A DNA stretch of 64,000 nucleotides from Oligoflexia bacterium (GTDB lineage: Bacteria > Bdellovibrionota > UBA1018). Positions within the stretch are counted from its first letter, which is position 1, and each line of letters starts with the position of its first letter. The notes beneath the pieces were generated by a model, which ran no database searches, was not told the DNA's origin, and saw nothing but the letters and a program-made list of their open reading frames with translations. Location of the stretch: the NCBI GenBank assembly GCA_963758495.1, contig CAVWVI010000003.1, forward strand, positions 1,619,875 to 1,683,874, written 5' to 3'. The position numbers and the translations under genes are program-made. This document shows positions 41,166 through 50,474 of the stretch, piece after piece.

Positions 41166-41654
41166 ATGACCAAGAAGAAAGGCATGCCTCCTCTCTTGAC
41201 CGCGCAACCGATGCCCTCGCCTGCTGCACAAACAGCAATCGCCTGTATTGGCTTCGAGTACCTACAGTTTTTGTTCGTACTACCGTTTCACGGTTACTCG
41301 ACTGAATCCAAGGTCCTGTTGGAACTCGTTTCGGGCCTAGCAAGTTCTGTAATCGACTATAAGCAGAAGAACTCAGTGTCTTTGCCGGCATGGCTAGATG
41401 ACCTCAGATTTCAAGAAGAGGACGCACTTCAACGAGAGATGAGTGTGCTGTTTAAAAAATAGAACGAGTTTCAGCAACGAGTGGAACAGTTAAGGGAGTA
41501 TAAGGGTATTCTGACAAATTCTGGAACGCCCCTTACTGAACTGCTTGCTAGAGTGCTCAGGCAGTTCTTCGGCCTTTCAATTACCGATGACGATCAGGGC
41601 AAGGACGATCTCGCAATTATTAATGCAAATTCGGTAGAGTATTTTTTAGAGTAG
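41166..41654 (+). pseudogene. Degraded hypothetical gene with an in-frame TAG at 41460-41462
   Basis: Frame continues past the stop: ...LPAWLDDLRFQEEDALQREMSVLFKK*NEFQQRVEQLREYKGILTNSGTPLTELLARVLRQFFGLSITDDDQGKDDLAII. Confidence 0.55.
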
Positions 41655-41745
41655 TTTTATTTCATTTTTACGGCCAAAATAGGGTGGTGTGCTTTAGAGA
41701 TTAACGTAGAGCAAGCTCGGGCGTTGAGTTGAGTCGGGGGAAGTA

Positions 41746-43521
41746 TTGATCAAGATTTTTGGAAATAATTTCCATCGTCGGAGTGGCACAGATCAGCAAG
41801 TCAAACTTGCATTCTTTGGCCTCGTTATCCTTGGGTTTGTGGTCTTGTACTTTCGTCTTAGCGTTATGGACCCAATTTTGAGTGGCTACGATGACAAAAT
41901 TCTCGTAAGCCCAATGGAACAAATAAATTCGATTTCTGAGTATCTCAACGCAATCAAAGTAGGACGGATTTATGATGTTCAGCCCGTCCGGGACCTGAGT
42001 TATTGGGTTGATATTCAAGCTAAACAGTTCGTTCCCTTTGCTTCGTTTCATTTGACTAACGCCATCATTTGGCTTGCGACTATATTTCTTATTTACCTGA
42101 TCCTTTTGAGGCTAGGGGTTTCAAAGTGGTCTATTTACGGTACAACGGCGCTCTATGCATTTCATCCTGTTTTTATAAATTCAGTGGCTTGGATAGCCGC
42201 ACGAAAGCATCTTCTTTCGACTTTTTTTATTATTGCAGCCACCTTTCTAGTGGTTGACGCGTGCCAAAGTCACCGAGCGAAGGAACTCAAGCGATCCACC
42301 CTAGTGGGGATTTTAGTTTTTTACTTTCTAGCCTGCTTTTCGCAGCCGATTAACGTTCTTTGGCCAGTGTTTGCCTTGGTGTATCTCGCGGGACATGGCT
42401 TTCGTCTTTTGCGTTCAGCTACCGGAAAAATGCTGTTGTTTTTTTGTGCAGGGATTGGATTTTTTTGCCTCTATTTAAATCTAAAATATTACACTGGTAT
42501 TTTTGTCGCTCAAAATGGTGGCATTGGGAAATACGTAAGTCCAGAACACAATGATCTTGGAGTGAGGTTGTTGGCATTAGGCCGATATTTTTTCCAAGTT
42601 ATTTGCCCGGTTTGGCCGTGCATTTCAAGTCCGTATCCAGGTAGCATTAAGAACATGATCGGATTGGCGCTACTTCCGATCTTTGTATTTATTTTAAAAA
42701 AATACGGTAACCGAGAGTGTTGGTTTTGGCTTCTCTATTTTACTTTGCCACTCGTCCCGGTTCTCGCAAAAATGACAAATATTTTTATGTCCGGTACTTA
42801 TTTAATGAATGCGGGACTGGGTGTATTTTTTGCGCTGGTTTTTGTTATCGAGAAAAACAAGAGTTTCTTTGCTGAACGTATTCGGGTTGTAATCGTCGCA
42901 TTCGTATGCTCACTGGTACTGTCGTTTTTCTTCTATAAATCGGTTGAGCAATCAAGAGCATGGGAATCGAATCTTCAACTTTGGGAAAATGCATATTTAA
43001 CAGAAGCAACACCGACCAATGCAACAAAATACGGTCTGTTTCTTTTAGATGCGGGGCAGATCGAACCTGCTTTAAACATTGCGCTTCAAGTTAAGGAGTG
43101 GGACCCCGACCAACATGACTTGCCTCTTTTACTTGCAAAGTCAACCTTCGACTATCCAGGATGGGGCACCGAAAAAAAGATTGCACTATTGGAGCACAAT
43201 CGGATGAACTCGCCTTGGTTTTTCTATTATTTAGCGGGTCTCTATGCATCACATTCTCGATACGATCAAGCCTTCTCAGAAATGCGATCTGCAATGAACG
43301 ACCCAGATAAAATGGTTTATTACTTTGCGAAACAACTTGAGGTTATCGCTGCCGAAATCTTCTATTTTTGTACTAGGTCTGGCGTAACTAAGAGTTGCGG
43401 TGCTTTAGTCGCTACGATAAAAGAACAATCGCAACAACGCCCTTATGTACGGTTTGGCGCTTGGGATGATTCAAAATATATTGCTCGTCTTACCCAACTA
43501 GGAGTGAAATGGGAACCTTGA
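41746..43521 (+). CDS. TMTC-like GT-C glycosyltransferase (protein O-mannosyltransferase-like) with C-terminal TPR-like region
   Basis: YDD acidic motif, QPVRDLSYWVD, FHLTN, AFHPVFINSVAWIAARKHLLS, W.SNLQLWE followed by helical repeats. Confidence 0.78.
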   Translation: MIKIFGNNFHRRSGTDQQVKLAFFGLVILGFVVLYFRLSVMDPILSGYDDKILVSPMEQINSISEYLNAIKVGRIYDVQPVRDLSYWVDIQAKQFVPFASFHLTNAIIWLATIFLIYLILLRLGVSKWSIYGTTALYAFHPVFINSVAWIAARKHLLSTFFIIAATFLVVDACQSHRAKELKRSTLVGILVFYFLACFSQPINVLWPVFALVYLAGHGFRLLRSATGKMLLFFCAGIGFFCLYLNLKYYTGIFVAQNGGIGKYVSPEHNDLGVRLLALGRYFFQVICPVWPCISSPYPGSIKNMIGLALLPIFVFILKKYGNRECWFWLLYFTLPLVPVLAKMTNIFMSGTYLMNAGLGVFFALVFVIEKNKSFFAERIRVVIVAFVCSLVLSFFFYKSVEQSRAWESNLQLWENAYLTEATPTNATKYGLFLLDAGQIEPALNIALQVKEWDPDQHDLPLLLAKSTFDYPGWGTEKKIALLEHNRMNSPWFFYYLAGLYASHSRYDQAFSEMRSAMNDPDKMVYYFAKQLEVIAAEIFYFCTRSGVTKSCGALVATIKEQSQQRPYVRFGAWDDSKYIARLTQLGVKWEP

Positions 43522-43738
43522 CAAGTCCGACGTTGTCAATTCGAATGAGTCCCGTCGCGGGAGTATCGAACTTTAAATGTCGTGCCGCAGTCTAATGAAA
43601 GGCAAGTGGGTTTTTGTCAAGCACCCACGACCTTGCTCTTATGAGGAACGAAATTGAGGTTGACTCGACCTTAAAACTCCTTAAAAATATAAATTAAATA
43701 TAAATATTTAATTTATTTCAAAAAAAGGAGCTTAACGC

Positions 43739-43864
43739 ATGTCAAAAAAATACCGACTCTGCTTAGTACTCTTTGCCTTGGTGGCTGGACTGGCAGTCGT
43801 AGTGCAAGGCTGTGGAAATTCAACCACTGCGACAACCCATACGATCTATGGCTCGACTTCCTGA
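43739..43864 (+). CDS. 41-aa lipoprotein precursor (not in ORF track)
   Basis: AAGGAG RBS; MSKKYRLCLVLFALVAGLAVVVQG-CGNSTTATTHTIYGSTS* with basic n-region, h-region and VQGC lipobox. Confidence 0.7.
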   Translation: MSKKYRLCLVLFALVAGLAVVVQGCGNSTTATTHTIYGSTS

Positions 43865-43895
43865 TCTTGCAGATTAACTCCTAGAGGACATAAAA

Positions 43896-44669
43896 ATGAT
43901 AAAAATGAAAAAATCCTTATTGATTGCTATTTCGGCACTTCTTGTTTCAAGTTCTGCTTTTGCTTATCTTCCAGTCAGTGCAGTTACGACAATGGCTTTG
44001 CCTGTTTACGGAATTTATACATCGTCGGATCCAACTTGTATGACGGGGATGATCGCCACAGTGGCCCTCACGAAAACTTCCCAAACTATCAATTTTGCTT
44101 CGAACCCAACCATCGGTTCGGGTGCACTTCCTGCTACTATTGGGTGCGTTGTGATCGTGGTTGGTGACTCACTCTCTAATGCATGGGCGGCAGGAACTTA
44201 TACCACTACATCTACGGGTGGTGGTGGTAGTCCTGTTTCCGACAGTTCTTGTAATGCAGGAGGAAGCAACACCGGCCAAAAGATCTGTAACAACGGCACC
44301 CCCACCTGGCCAGCTCAGATTACCGCAGATGCTGCTGCAATTGGTCTCACTCTTAAAACCACGTCATGCTCGAGTGGCACAACCAGTGACGTTGTTCCTC
44401 TCGTATTGAGCACGAATTCCATCTGCACGGGCCAACCTGTCACAGATGCCGCAGTTACGGCATGCAACGGAGGGAATATAAATAATTTTGCGATGCCCAC
44501 TTCGGCGGCTGATGCCAGCAATGGTACAAAATTGACCGCACCTTCTGCGGCTGGGAATTTGAAGTTTGTCGTAAATCCTACGAACACACTGGGCGGTAGC
44601 ATACAGAACAGTGTGAACACCTGTGGAAATATTGCAGCTCCGCTTTTCTCTTTCGCGGTGGCAAACTGA
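43896..44669 (+). CDS. Secreted Thr/Ser/Gly/Asn-rich protein with 8 Cys
   Basis: Signal peptide ending SAFA; GAGGA RBS; low-charge beta-rich composition. Confidence 0.75.
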   Translation: MIKMKKSLLIAISALLVSSSAFAYLPVSAVTTMALPVYGIYTSSDPTCMTGMIATVALTKTSQTINFASNPTIGSGALPATIGCVVIVVGDSLSNAWAAGTYTTTSTGGGGSPVSDSSCNAGGSNTGQKICNNGTPTWPAQITADAAAIGLTLKTTSCSSGTTSDVVPLVLSTNSICTGQPVTDAAVTACNGGNINNFAMPTSAADASNGTKLTAPSAAGNLKFVVNPTNTLGGSIQNSVNTCGNIAAPLFSFAVAN

Positions 44670-44725
44670 CCTTTCATTCTAATATAGCTCTATAGCCGAT
44701 TCATATTTTATAAAATATTTAGAAT

Positions 44726-44766
44726 AAGAGAGAGAGGGGGAGGGGGAAGAGAGAGGGAGGAGAGGG
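44726..44766. repeat. 41-nt uninterrupted purine tract
   Basis: AAGAGAGAGAGGGGGAGGGGGAAGAGAGAGGGAGGAGAGGG between convergent genes. Confidence 0.8.
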
Positions 44767-44800
44767 CTTGGCAGGTTAAGAATTAAGAAACGATAATCAT

Positions 44801-45307
44801 TTATTGATAAGCGATAGTAGCGTTTATGGAGCCTGTGTACATTCCAATCATTTGATTCTTTGAGATAGCGCTTCTGGTTCCACCGAGTTGGAAGATCGTG
44901 TGTCCATTTTTATCTAATTTAATACTGCTTCCAGAGTCCCCATTACCTGCATCTGATTTTACGTTAATAAAATTAATGTGGTTTCCAGCATTATCATTTA
45001 ATGAGATTTGGGAGTCAAAAGAGACAGTAATCAGGTGATCTTTTTCTCCAATAGCATACACTTGAGCAGCGCCAGTATCCATAGGACGTATAATTTCGGC
45101 ATTTGCACCTTGCGTGATTTGATTTAAAGTAAAGTCTTTTTTAGTGCTCAAAGTAAGTGGTTGAACTACTGTTACTGATGCTCGAGCACTGGCGGTAGCA
45201 GTATATCTTCCAGCGTGTAACGTCGTAGCGTAACTTGTACTTGTTAAAAGCATTGAGAGAGCTATTGAAGTGATCATCCCTATTTTGCTTATTAGATTGG
45301 ATTTCAT
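44801..45307 (-). CDS. DUF4402-like secreted pilin-type beta-sandwich protein
   Basis: Signal peptide, ASVTVVQPLTL, LGGT, Q..G.YTGSINATIAY C-terminus. Confidence 0.7.
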   Translation of the reverse strand: MKSNLISKIGMITSIALSMLLTSTSYATTLHAGRYTATASARASVTVVQPLTLSTKKDFTLNQITQGANAEIIRPMDTGAAQVYAIGEKDHLITVSFDSQISLNDNAGNHINFINVKSDAGNGDSGSSIKLDKNGHTIFQLGGTRSAISKNQMIGMYTGSINATIAYQ

Positions 45308-45416
45308 AGTCAGTCTCCTTATCTATAAGGCTAATGGATGAAGATGGTTGGGGTTGTGGGGAGAGTTTGGCGATTTCGCCACAAATCTTAAAAAAAACTA
45401 TAATAAAAACAATATG

Positions 45417-46169
45417 TTATGCTGATCGTTTTTCCTGTGTGGAGTGGGTGACTGCAAGTTGATACCCTATTCCTCGAACTGATTTGATAGTATGGGTCGC
45501 AGATAAGAGTTTTCTTCTGAGATCGCTCACATGAGAGTCAACTGTTCGATCGAGAACAGTGATCTGATTCCCCCAGACCAAGGAAATCAATTCGTCGCGG
45601 GAATAGATACGGCCCTCATTTTTGGCTAGAAGAAAAAGTAATCTAAACTCAAGGGGTGTCATCTCAATGATTCGAGAGCTACCATTATCTAAGATAATAA
45701 CTTGCTGAACAGGAACCATGAATTTGAGATTCCCTTTGCAAAAAAACTGTTCTACTTCAGCCCTTCTTCGTGATTTTTTTAATCGAGAAAGAACCCTGGC
45801 CCTAAATTCCCTTGGATCAACGGGCTTTACCAAATAGTCATCCGCCCCCAAGGAAAAGGCCATCACCTTATCTTCAATTTCAGCTCGCCCGGTGAGTAAC
45901 ATTATAGGGATCTCTCGAAATCGCTCCTCCGAGCGAATCCAAGATGAAAGTTTGAGACCATCTTCGTCAGGAAGAGTGAGATCAAGTAAGATCAGGTCAA
46001 AAGTTTGCTTCCCCAAATAGTGTCGCGCTTCTTTGCCATTTGCAGCAGAGACAAGGAGAATTTCTTCAGGCAAGGTAGATGAAATTGCGAGTCGAAAGTC
46101 TGAGTCGTCCTCAATCAATAATATTTGATAAATAGAATTTAAAATATTGGACCCAGCCATTTGAATCAT
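45417..46169 (-). CDS. OmpR/PhoB-family response regulator
   Basis: IEDD, LILLDLTLPDEDG, GADDYLVKP, RTVDSHVSDLRRKL, VRGIGY. Confidence 0.95.
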   Translation of the reverse strand: MIQMAGSNILNSIYQILLIEDDSDFRLAISSTLPEEILLVSAANGKEARHYLGKQTFDLILLDLTLPDEDGLKLSSWIRSEERFREIPIMLLTGRAEIEDKVMAFSLGADDYLVKPVDPREFRARVLSRLKKSRRRAEVEQFFCKGNLKFMVPVQQVIILDNGSSRIIEMTPLEFRLLFLLAKNEGRIYSRDELISLVWGNQITVLDRTVDSHVSDLRRKLLSATHTIKSVRGIGYQLAVTHSTQEKRSA

Positions 46170-46252
46170 GTTCTCTAGAAGATTTATCGGATCTACAATG
46201 TGAAGACTTTAGGATATGATAATTATTTTCCGTGCTTCGGCCATGATAAAGT

Positions 46253-48565
46253 CTACTTCTGTAACAGTTGAGATTTTAAAGTCGAGCGAATTAAGGGAGA
46301 TTTATAAGGCGATCGAGTTATTTCAATAGGAAACATTTGTTTTTTGAGTTGAATCATTCCCATGGCTTCTAAAAACTTTAAATCTTGTGAGAGAAAGTCG
46401 GTCTGTTCGAGATCAAAAGGTAAGTTTTTTATTATAATCAAATTCTGATCTGGGTAATCTTTATCTTCGCCTACATAGGCAATACTTAAACCAAAGGACC
46501 CCTGTGCGTTGGAAATTGCTGCAATATTCAATAAAAAAGTACCTGGAACTTTACCCTTCAGTTGAGCTTGAACTTCCTGAGAGGTGATTTTAAAAACATG
46601 ATAATTTTTAAACTTTCTTAAAAGGTTCACTGATCCATCGTCTTTTTCGTTTAAATTGTGAAATTGTCGATCATGAATATAATTAAATCCTTTTTTAATT
46701 TGCGCGGATGATAAAGCAAGAGATTCCATGCGGGTCGCGGCATTAAATAAAAAATTGAGGGGTGTAAAATTTGAATCATTTGATTCATATGGATAGAAAG
46801 TAGATAGAGCACCACTTTTTTGAAGCGACCTGATTCTAAAAATTAAATCTTCAAGTTCATCTACAGTCATCTCGTGTGATTTAATTGGATGCCGTAATTT
46901 ATCAATTTTCTTTAAATTGCTACTTTTATCTCTATAGGTAGGTGTTCTATAAATCAAATTTATCACTACTTTTCCATCTTTTGATGTGGAAGGAATCAGT
47001 GTAAATGTTCCCGGCGATTTATCCTGAAAGAGTTTCAAATTGAGGTTATTTGAAACTTCAGAAAGTAAGATATTAATTCCAGGAGCAGGGGGGTAATCGT
47101 CGTTATTAGATTTGAAAATAGCTTCTATTTCTCGTTTAAATTGAGTCAAGCTGGGTCTTTGAAGAACATCTGGATCAAATGATTGAGAAATCAAAGTATT
47201 CAATCGGGGATCGTGTTGGGTGTCATTTTTGAGTGTTTCTAATAACACTGGAATTTCCTTCAACAGACATCGACGGTAATTCTCCATGGATCCAAGGTCA
47301 TCATAATTAAGACCTTGCCCTCGACATTCTTTAAACCAAGGTGGATAAGTATATTGTTTATCAGGATCGAGATAAAAGAGTAAATAAGCAACTACCCCTA
47401 AAGAGAATACGTCCCCTTTAAAGGCATTTTCAATTTTCTCAATTCGATTCGAACCTATCCAGGTTCTTTGAATGGATTCTGGAGGTGCATACTGGGCATT
47501 GGTTGGGATTCGAATTGCATCATTATTGACTCCAAAAGTGTCTTGGAGAATCATTGAATTATTGAAATCGTTGACTACCGGGTTCACCTGGACGATTTGA
47601 TCCATGCTTTCATCTGAAGCTGGCTTTAGCTCTAAAAGCACATTGTCTGGGGTCAAGTCATTATGAATGATTCCATTCCTATGGAGAATAAGAATTGGAG
47701 AAATAATTTTTAAAAGCACCTCTAATTTTGTATTGAGATCAGAGAATTGAGCTCCTACTGTGGGCTCATTTCCATTGATGGCGTCCCACAATTTAAAAGG
47801 ATAGAGTTTTTGAATCGTAATTTCATTTCCAGTATGGAAGTTATTGCCAACATGATAAATTTCCGGAAAGCCTACTTTTTCTTGATCTGGAAGACTAGAG
47901 ACCAAATCTAAAATAACGCGGTCTTTGTCAAATATTCCAAGGTTACCATATTTTTGCATCCAATCAGAAAGAAGTCTACCTCTTGCAACTGTCGCCCAGT
48001 CACTGTATCTCGCAATTCCCTCAAAGACCTTCGTTGCGCCTTCACCTAGTTTATACGAGCCAAAATTCAAATAGATGCCCTTTTTACTATCAACTTCGAT
48101 TTTAATTTGAACAGTGTTGCCTTCGTGATTTTTAATTGTAAAAGGAACAGGTTTGTTTTCAGGGTGTTTTATCCACTTTGATTTATTTATCTCGATGTAT
48201 TCAATTAGACGATAAAATTCAAAAACTGGAAATTCGCTTTCATTTTTTTTGTCAAGATTCTTTAATGCATTTTCTAAATTCTTTCTAATGGCGCGAAAAT
48301 TTTTAGTGTTCCATAAAGAATAGTCTGGGATATATTTTCTACCCGTACGCTCTGACTTCAAGTTGAGGTCGAAGGATTTTAACATTTCTAAACATTTAAT
48401 ATATTCATGCTTTAATTTTGGACTTTTTTCAGTTTTTAATTTTTCTTTCAGTAGAGCGCACTCCTTGCTTATATTGGTAGCAAAGCCTTGTTGGCAAAAG
48501 ATCCCCTGAGCAAGAATCAGTAAGGCCATGAAAACAAAGAAGAGATAATTAGGTAGCCGCTTCAT
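46253..48565 (-). CDS. Secreted Hanks-type protein kinase-like protein with atypical motifs and two C-terminal SH2-like repeats
   Basis: Signal peptide; LGEGATK, IIHNDLTPDNVLL, NDFN, YAPPE, GDVFSLG, QRPS; repeats DKSPGTFTLIPSTS and GKVPGTFLLN. Confidence 0.75.
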   Translation of the reverse strand: MKRLPNYLFFVFMALLILAQGIFCQQGFATNISKECALLKEKLKTEKSPKLKHEYIKCLEMLKSFDLNLKSERTGRKYIPDYSLWNTKNFRAIRKNLENALKNLDKKNESEFPVFEFYRLIEYIEINKSKWIKHPENKPVPFTIKNHEGNTVQIKIEVDSKKGIYLNFGSYKLGEGATKVFEGIARYSDWATVARGRLLSDWMQKYGNLGIFDKDRVILDLVSSLPDQEKVGFPEIYHVGNNFHTGNEITIQKLYPFKLWDAINGNEPTVGAQFSDLNTKLEVLLKIISPILILHRNGIIHNDLTPDNVLLELKPASDESMDQIVQVNPVVNDFNNSMILQDTFGVNNDAIRIPTNAQYAPPESIQRTWIGSNRIEKIENAFKGDVFSLGVVAYLLFYLDPDKQYTYPPWFKECRGQGLNYDDLGSMENYRRCLLKEIPVLLETLKNDTQHDPRLNTLISQSFDPDVLQRPSLTQFKREIEAIFKSNNDDYPPAPGINILLSEVSNNLNLKLFQDKSPGTFTLIPSTSKDGKVVINLIYRTPTYRDKSSNLKKIDKLRHPIKSHEMTVDELEDLIFRIRSLQKSGALSTFYPYESNDSNFTPLNFLFNAATRMESLALSSAQIKKGFNYIHDRQFHNLNEKDDGSVNLLRKFKNYHVFKITSQEVQAQLKGKVPGTFLLNIAAISNAQGSFGLSIAYVGEDKDYPDQNLIIIKNLPFDLEQTDFLSQDLKFLEAMGMIQLKKQMFPIEITRSPYKSPLIRSTLKSQLLQK

Positions 48566-48650
48566 ACACTACGTAACTATCGGCTATAAAATTAAAAACC
48601 TTAAGACAATTGTTATTTTCCAACGATTCTGTCGCCTTTCGCAAGTCAGG

Positions 48651-49142
48651 TTAAGCTGCTTGTGAGATCTTATCTAAGGCCAAAGCATTTTTTACGATTG
48701 TACAAAATTCACTTCGCATGAATGGCTTGAGGAGAAAAGGAGGAGGAGATTTCTTTCCTTTAGTCATCTTCAAAAACTCTTCTACGGACAAACCAGACAT
48801 CAATATAAATGCGCTTGAGGGGTATTCACTCTTGCATCTTTCCCAGATTAATAAACCATCCATAAATCCTGGTAAAAGATAATCAGCAATGACGAGGTGA
48901 TAAGAAGTTTTTTCCATTTTATCGAAGCCGGATTCTCCGTTGAGGGCCCAATCCACTTCTGCATGCGGTGAAATCATTCGAATTGAGTTGCAAAGGATGG
49001 TTTGAAGGCAACGGTCATCTTCAACTATGAGCACTTTTCTGGGGGGCTCGATTGCAGGCATGATTGTTGATCCAATATGAGATGTTACCGAACGCATATA
49101 TCTAGTCCTTTCATAATGCTTAGTTACAAGGTGTGGAAGCAA
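48651..49142 (-). CDS. Single-domain response regulator (receiver)
   Basis: VLIVEDD, LVIADYLLPG..DG, ILMSG, FLLKPF; true start probably 49097 or 49061. Confidence 0.88.
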   Translation of the reverse strand: MLPHLVTKHYERTRYMRSVTSHIGSTIMPAIEPPRKVLIVEDDRCLQTILCNSIRMISPHAEVDWALNGESGFDKMEKTSYHLVIADYLLPGFMDGLLIWERCKSEYPSSAFILMSGLSVEEFLKMTKGKKSPPPFLLKPFMRSEFCTIVKNALALDKISQAA

Positions 49143-49351
49143 TAGCTACATTTTGTCATGATTTGACGTGGTGCGAAAGTGTGTCAAAACTGAACTCATG
49201 AGTGCCTAGTGTCTTATGAGTCGATAAAATATCTAAAGGAGTCAATTACATGGATAGAGTCCAGAGTGTAGGCAAGTTTAACCTCTTTACGGCTTTTCTT
49301 AATCAATAGAGAATAAAGAAATACTATTGATAATTTTAGGGGGGATTTTTA

Positions 49352-50449
49352 ATGAGCGCCTATGTAAAAGGCCAAGGTAACCCGGTTATTTCGTTAAGAG
49401 AAGCCACTAGTCTCCCTCATTCTGACACTCGGTTAAATTTGCCAGAATTACCTAGAATTGATCATGAATTAGATCAATATTTTTCAATTTCTAGACAACT
49501 TGAAAAAGCACTCATCCAGGAAAAATTAAATTTAAAAAAATCGCGAGAAGAGTTTCGTCAGCTTCAGTTGATACAAGCAGAGGCTGCAGACGAGGCTGAG
49601 AATAAACTTCGTAATTCATTAACTCGTGAAGAAAAATTAAAATGCCAAGTTACCGCTGTTCAGCAATCTGAAAAAAATATTCAAAATCAGATACGGACGC
49701 TCTCTCAACAAATAAATGCGATACAATCCTATAATCAGCAGCTGAAGGCTAATATAGAAATCTATAAACAAAGGGAAGAGTCTTTTAAATTAACTCTGCG
49801 AACCTTTCAATCGAAAGAAAAAGACCGACTGAATCATATTGAGCAACTCACACAAAAGCTGAGTACCTCTCGTTCAGAGGTTCAGCACTATAAAACGAAA
49901 TTTCAACATTATAAAACGGAATGGAAGCAATTTGTTGAAACTGTTCAAAAGGAAAAGAAAGAGTTAGTCATTCATGTAGAACTACTTAGGGCAAAACTTG
50001 AGCAGTATCAACAGCGCGAGGAGTCTCTCAAGGATCAGGAAAAGCTTCTCAAGCAGCTCCTTCAATCTTCTCAGGCGAACGAAAAGTCACAAGTAAGTCA
50101 GGTGGAGAAATTGACTCAAGATTTAAATCGAGCATCATCCGAATTGCAACGTTATAAAAGTTCGTGGGGAAAGGCGGTTGCTGCTGAGCAGAGAACGAAA
50201 GAAATTTTTCAAGAGTCTTCAGAACTCAAGAGGAGACTTGAAGAAATGAAAGAAATCCTGTCCAATGAAAAGAATCGTAATGACATTTTGGATGAAAGAG
50301 TAAAGAAGGAAGGTCGTGAGAAACATATTGCGTTGACTTGCCTCCATACGGCCGAAGCAAGGTTATCCCAGGTCACGCGCGAACTTGATGAATTAAGGGA
50401 GAGATTAAATCGAAGCTTCGAAGAAAATAGTGTTCGACTTGGACTTTAA
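49352..50449 (+). CDS. Long coiled-coil protein
   Basis: E/K/Q-rich heptads throughout with internal repeat YKQREES/YQQREES. Confidence 0.75.
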   Translation: MSAYVKGQGNPVISLREATSLPHSDTRLNLPELPRIDHELDQYFSISRQLEKALIQEKLNLKKSREEFRQLQLIQAEAADEAENKLRNSLTREEKLKCQVTAVQQSEKNIQNQIRTLSQQINAIQSYNQQLKANIEIYKQREESFKLTLRTFQSKEKDRLNHIEQLTQKLSTSRSEVQHYKTKFQHYKTEWKQFVETVQKEKKELVIHVELLRAKLEQYQQREESLKDQEKLLKQLLQSSQANEKSQVSQVEKLTQDLNRASSELQRYKSSWGKAVAAEQRTKEIFQESSELKRRLEEMKEILSNEKNRNDILDERVKKEGREKHIALTCLHTAEARLSQVTRELDELRERLNRSFEENSVRLGL

Positions 50450-50474
50450 AGTAGCACTTGGATTTTAAAACAGC

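Noticed and set aside
40951..41391. 146-aa minus-strand ORF
   Set aside because: Antisense to more protein-like plus-strand fragments; no motifs
41637..41655. TTTTAGAGTAGT also present just upstream of tRNA-Ser(GCT) as a possible att repeat
   Set aside because: Only ~12 AT-rich bp and on the 5' side of the tRNA; compatible with chance
41701..42051. 116-aa minus-strand ORF and the other short ORFs nested in long genes (e.g. 2236, 4938, 13419, 14463, 19253, 44315, 50696, 59592)
   Set aside because: Shadow ORFs overlapping well-supported genes with no independent evidence
49352..50449. SMC or defence-system ATPase next to the GIY-YIG nuclease
   Set aside because: Pure coiled coil without Walker motifs; no support for a defence module
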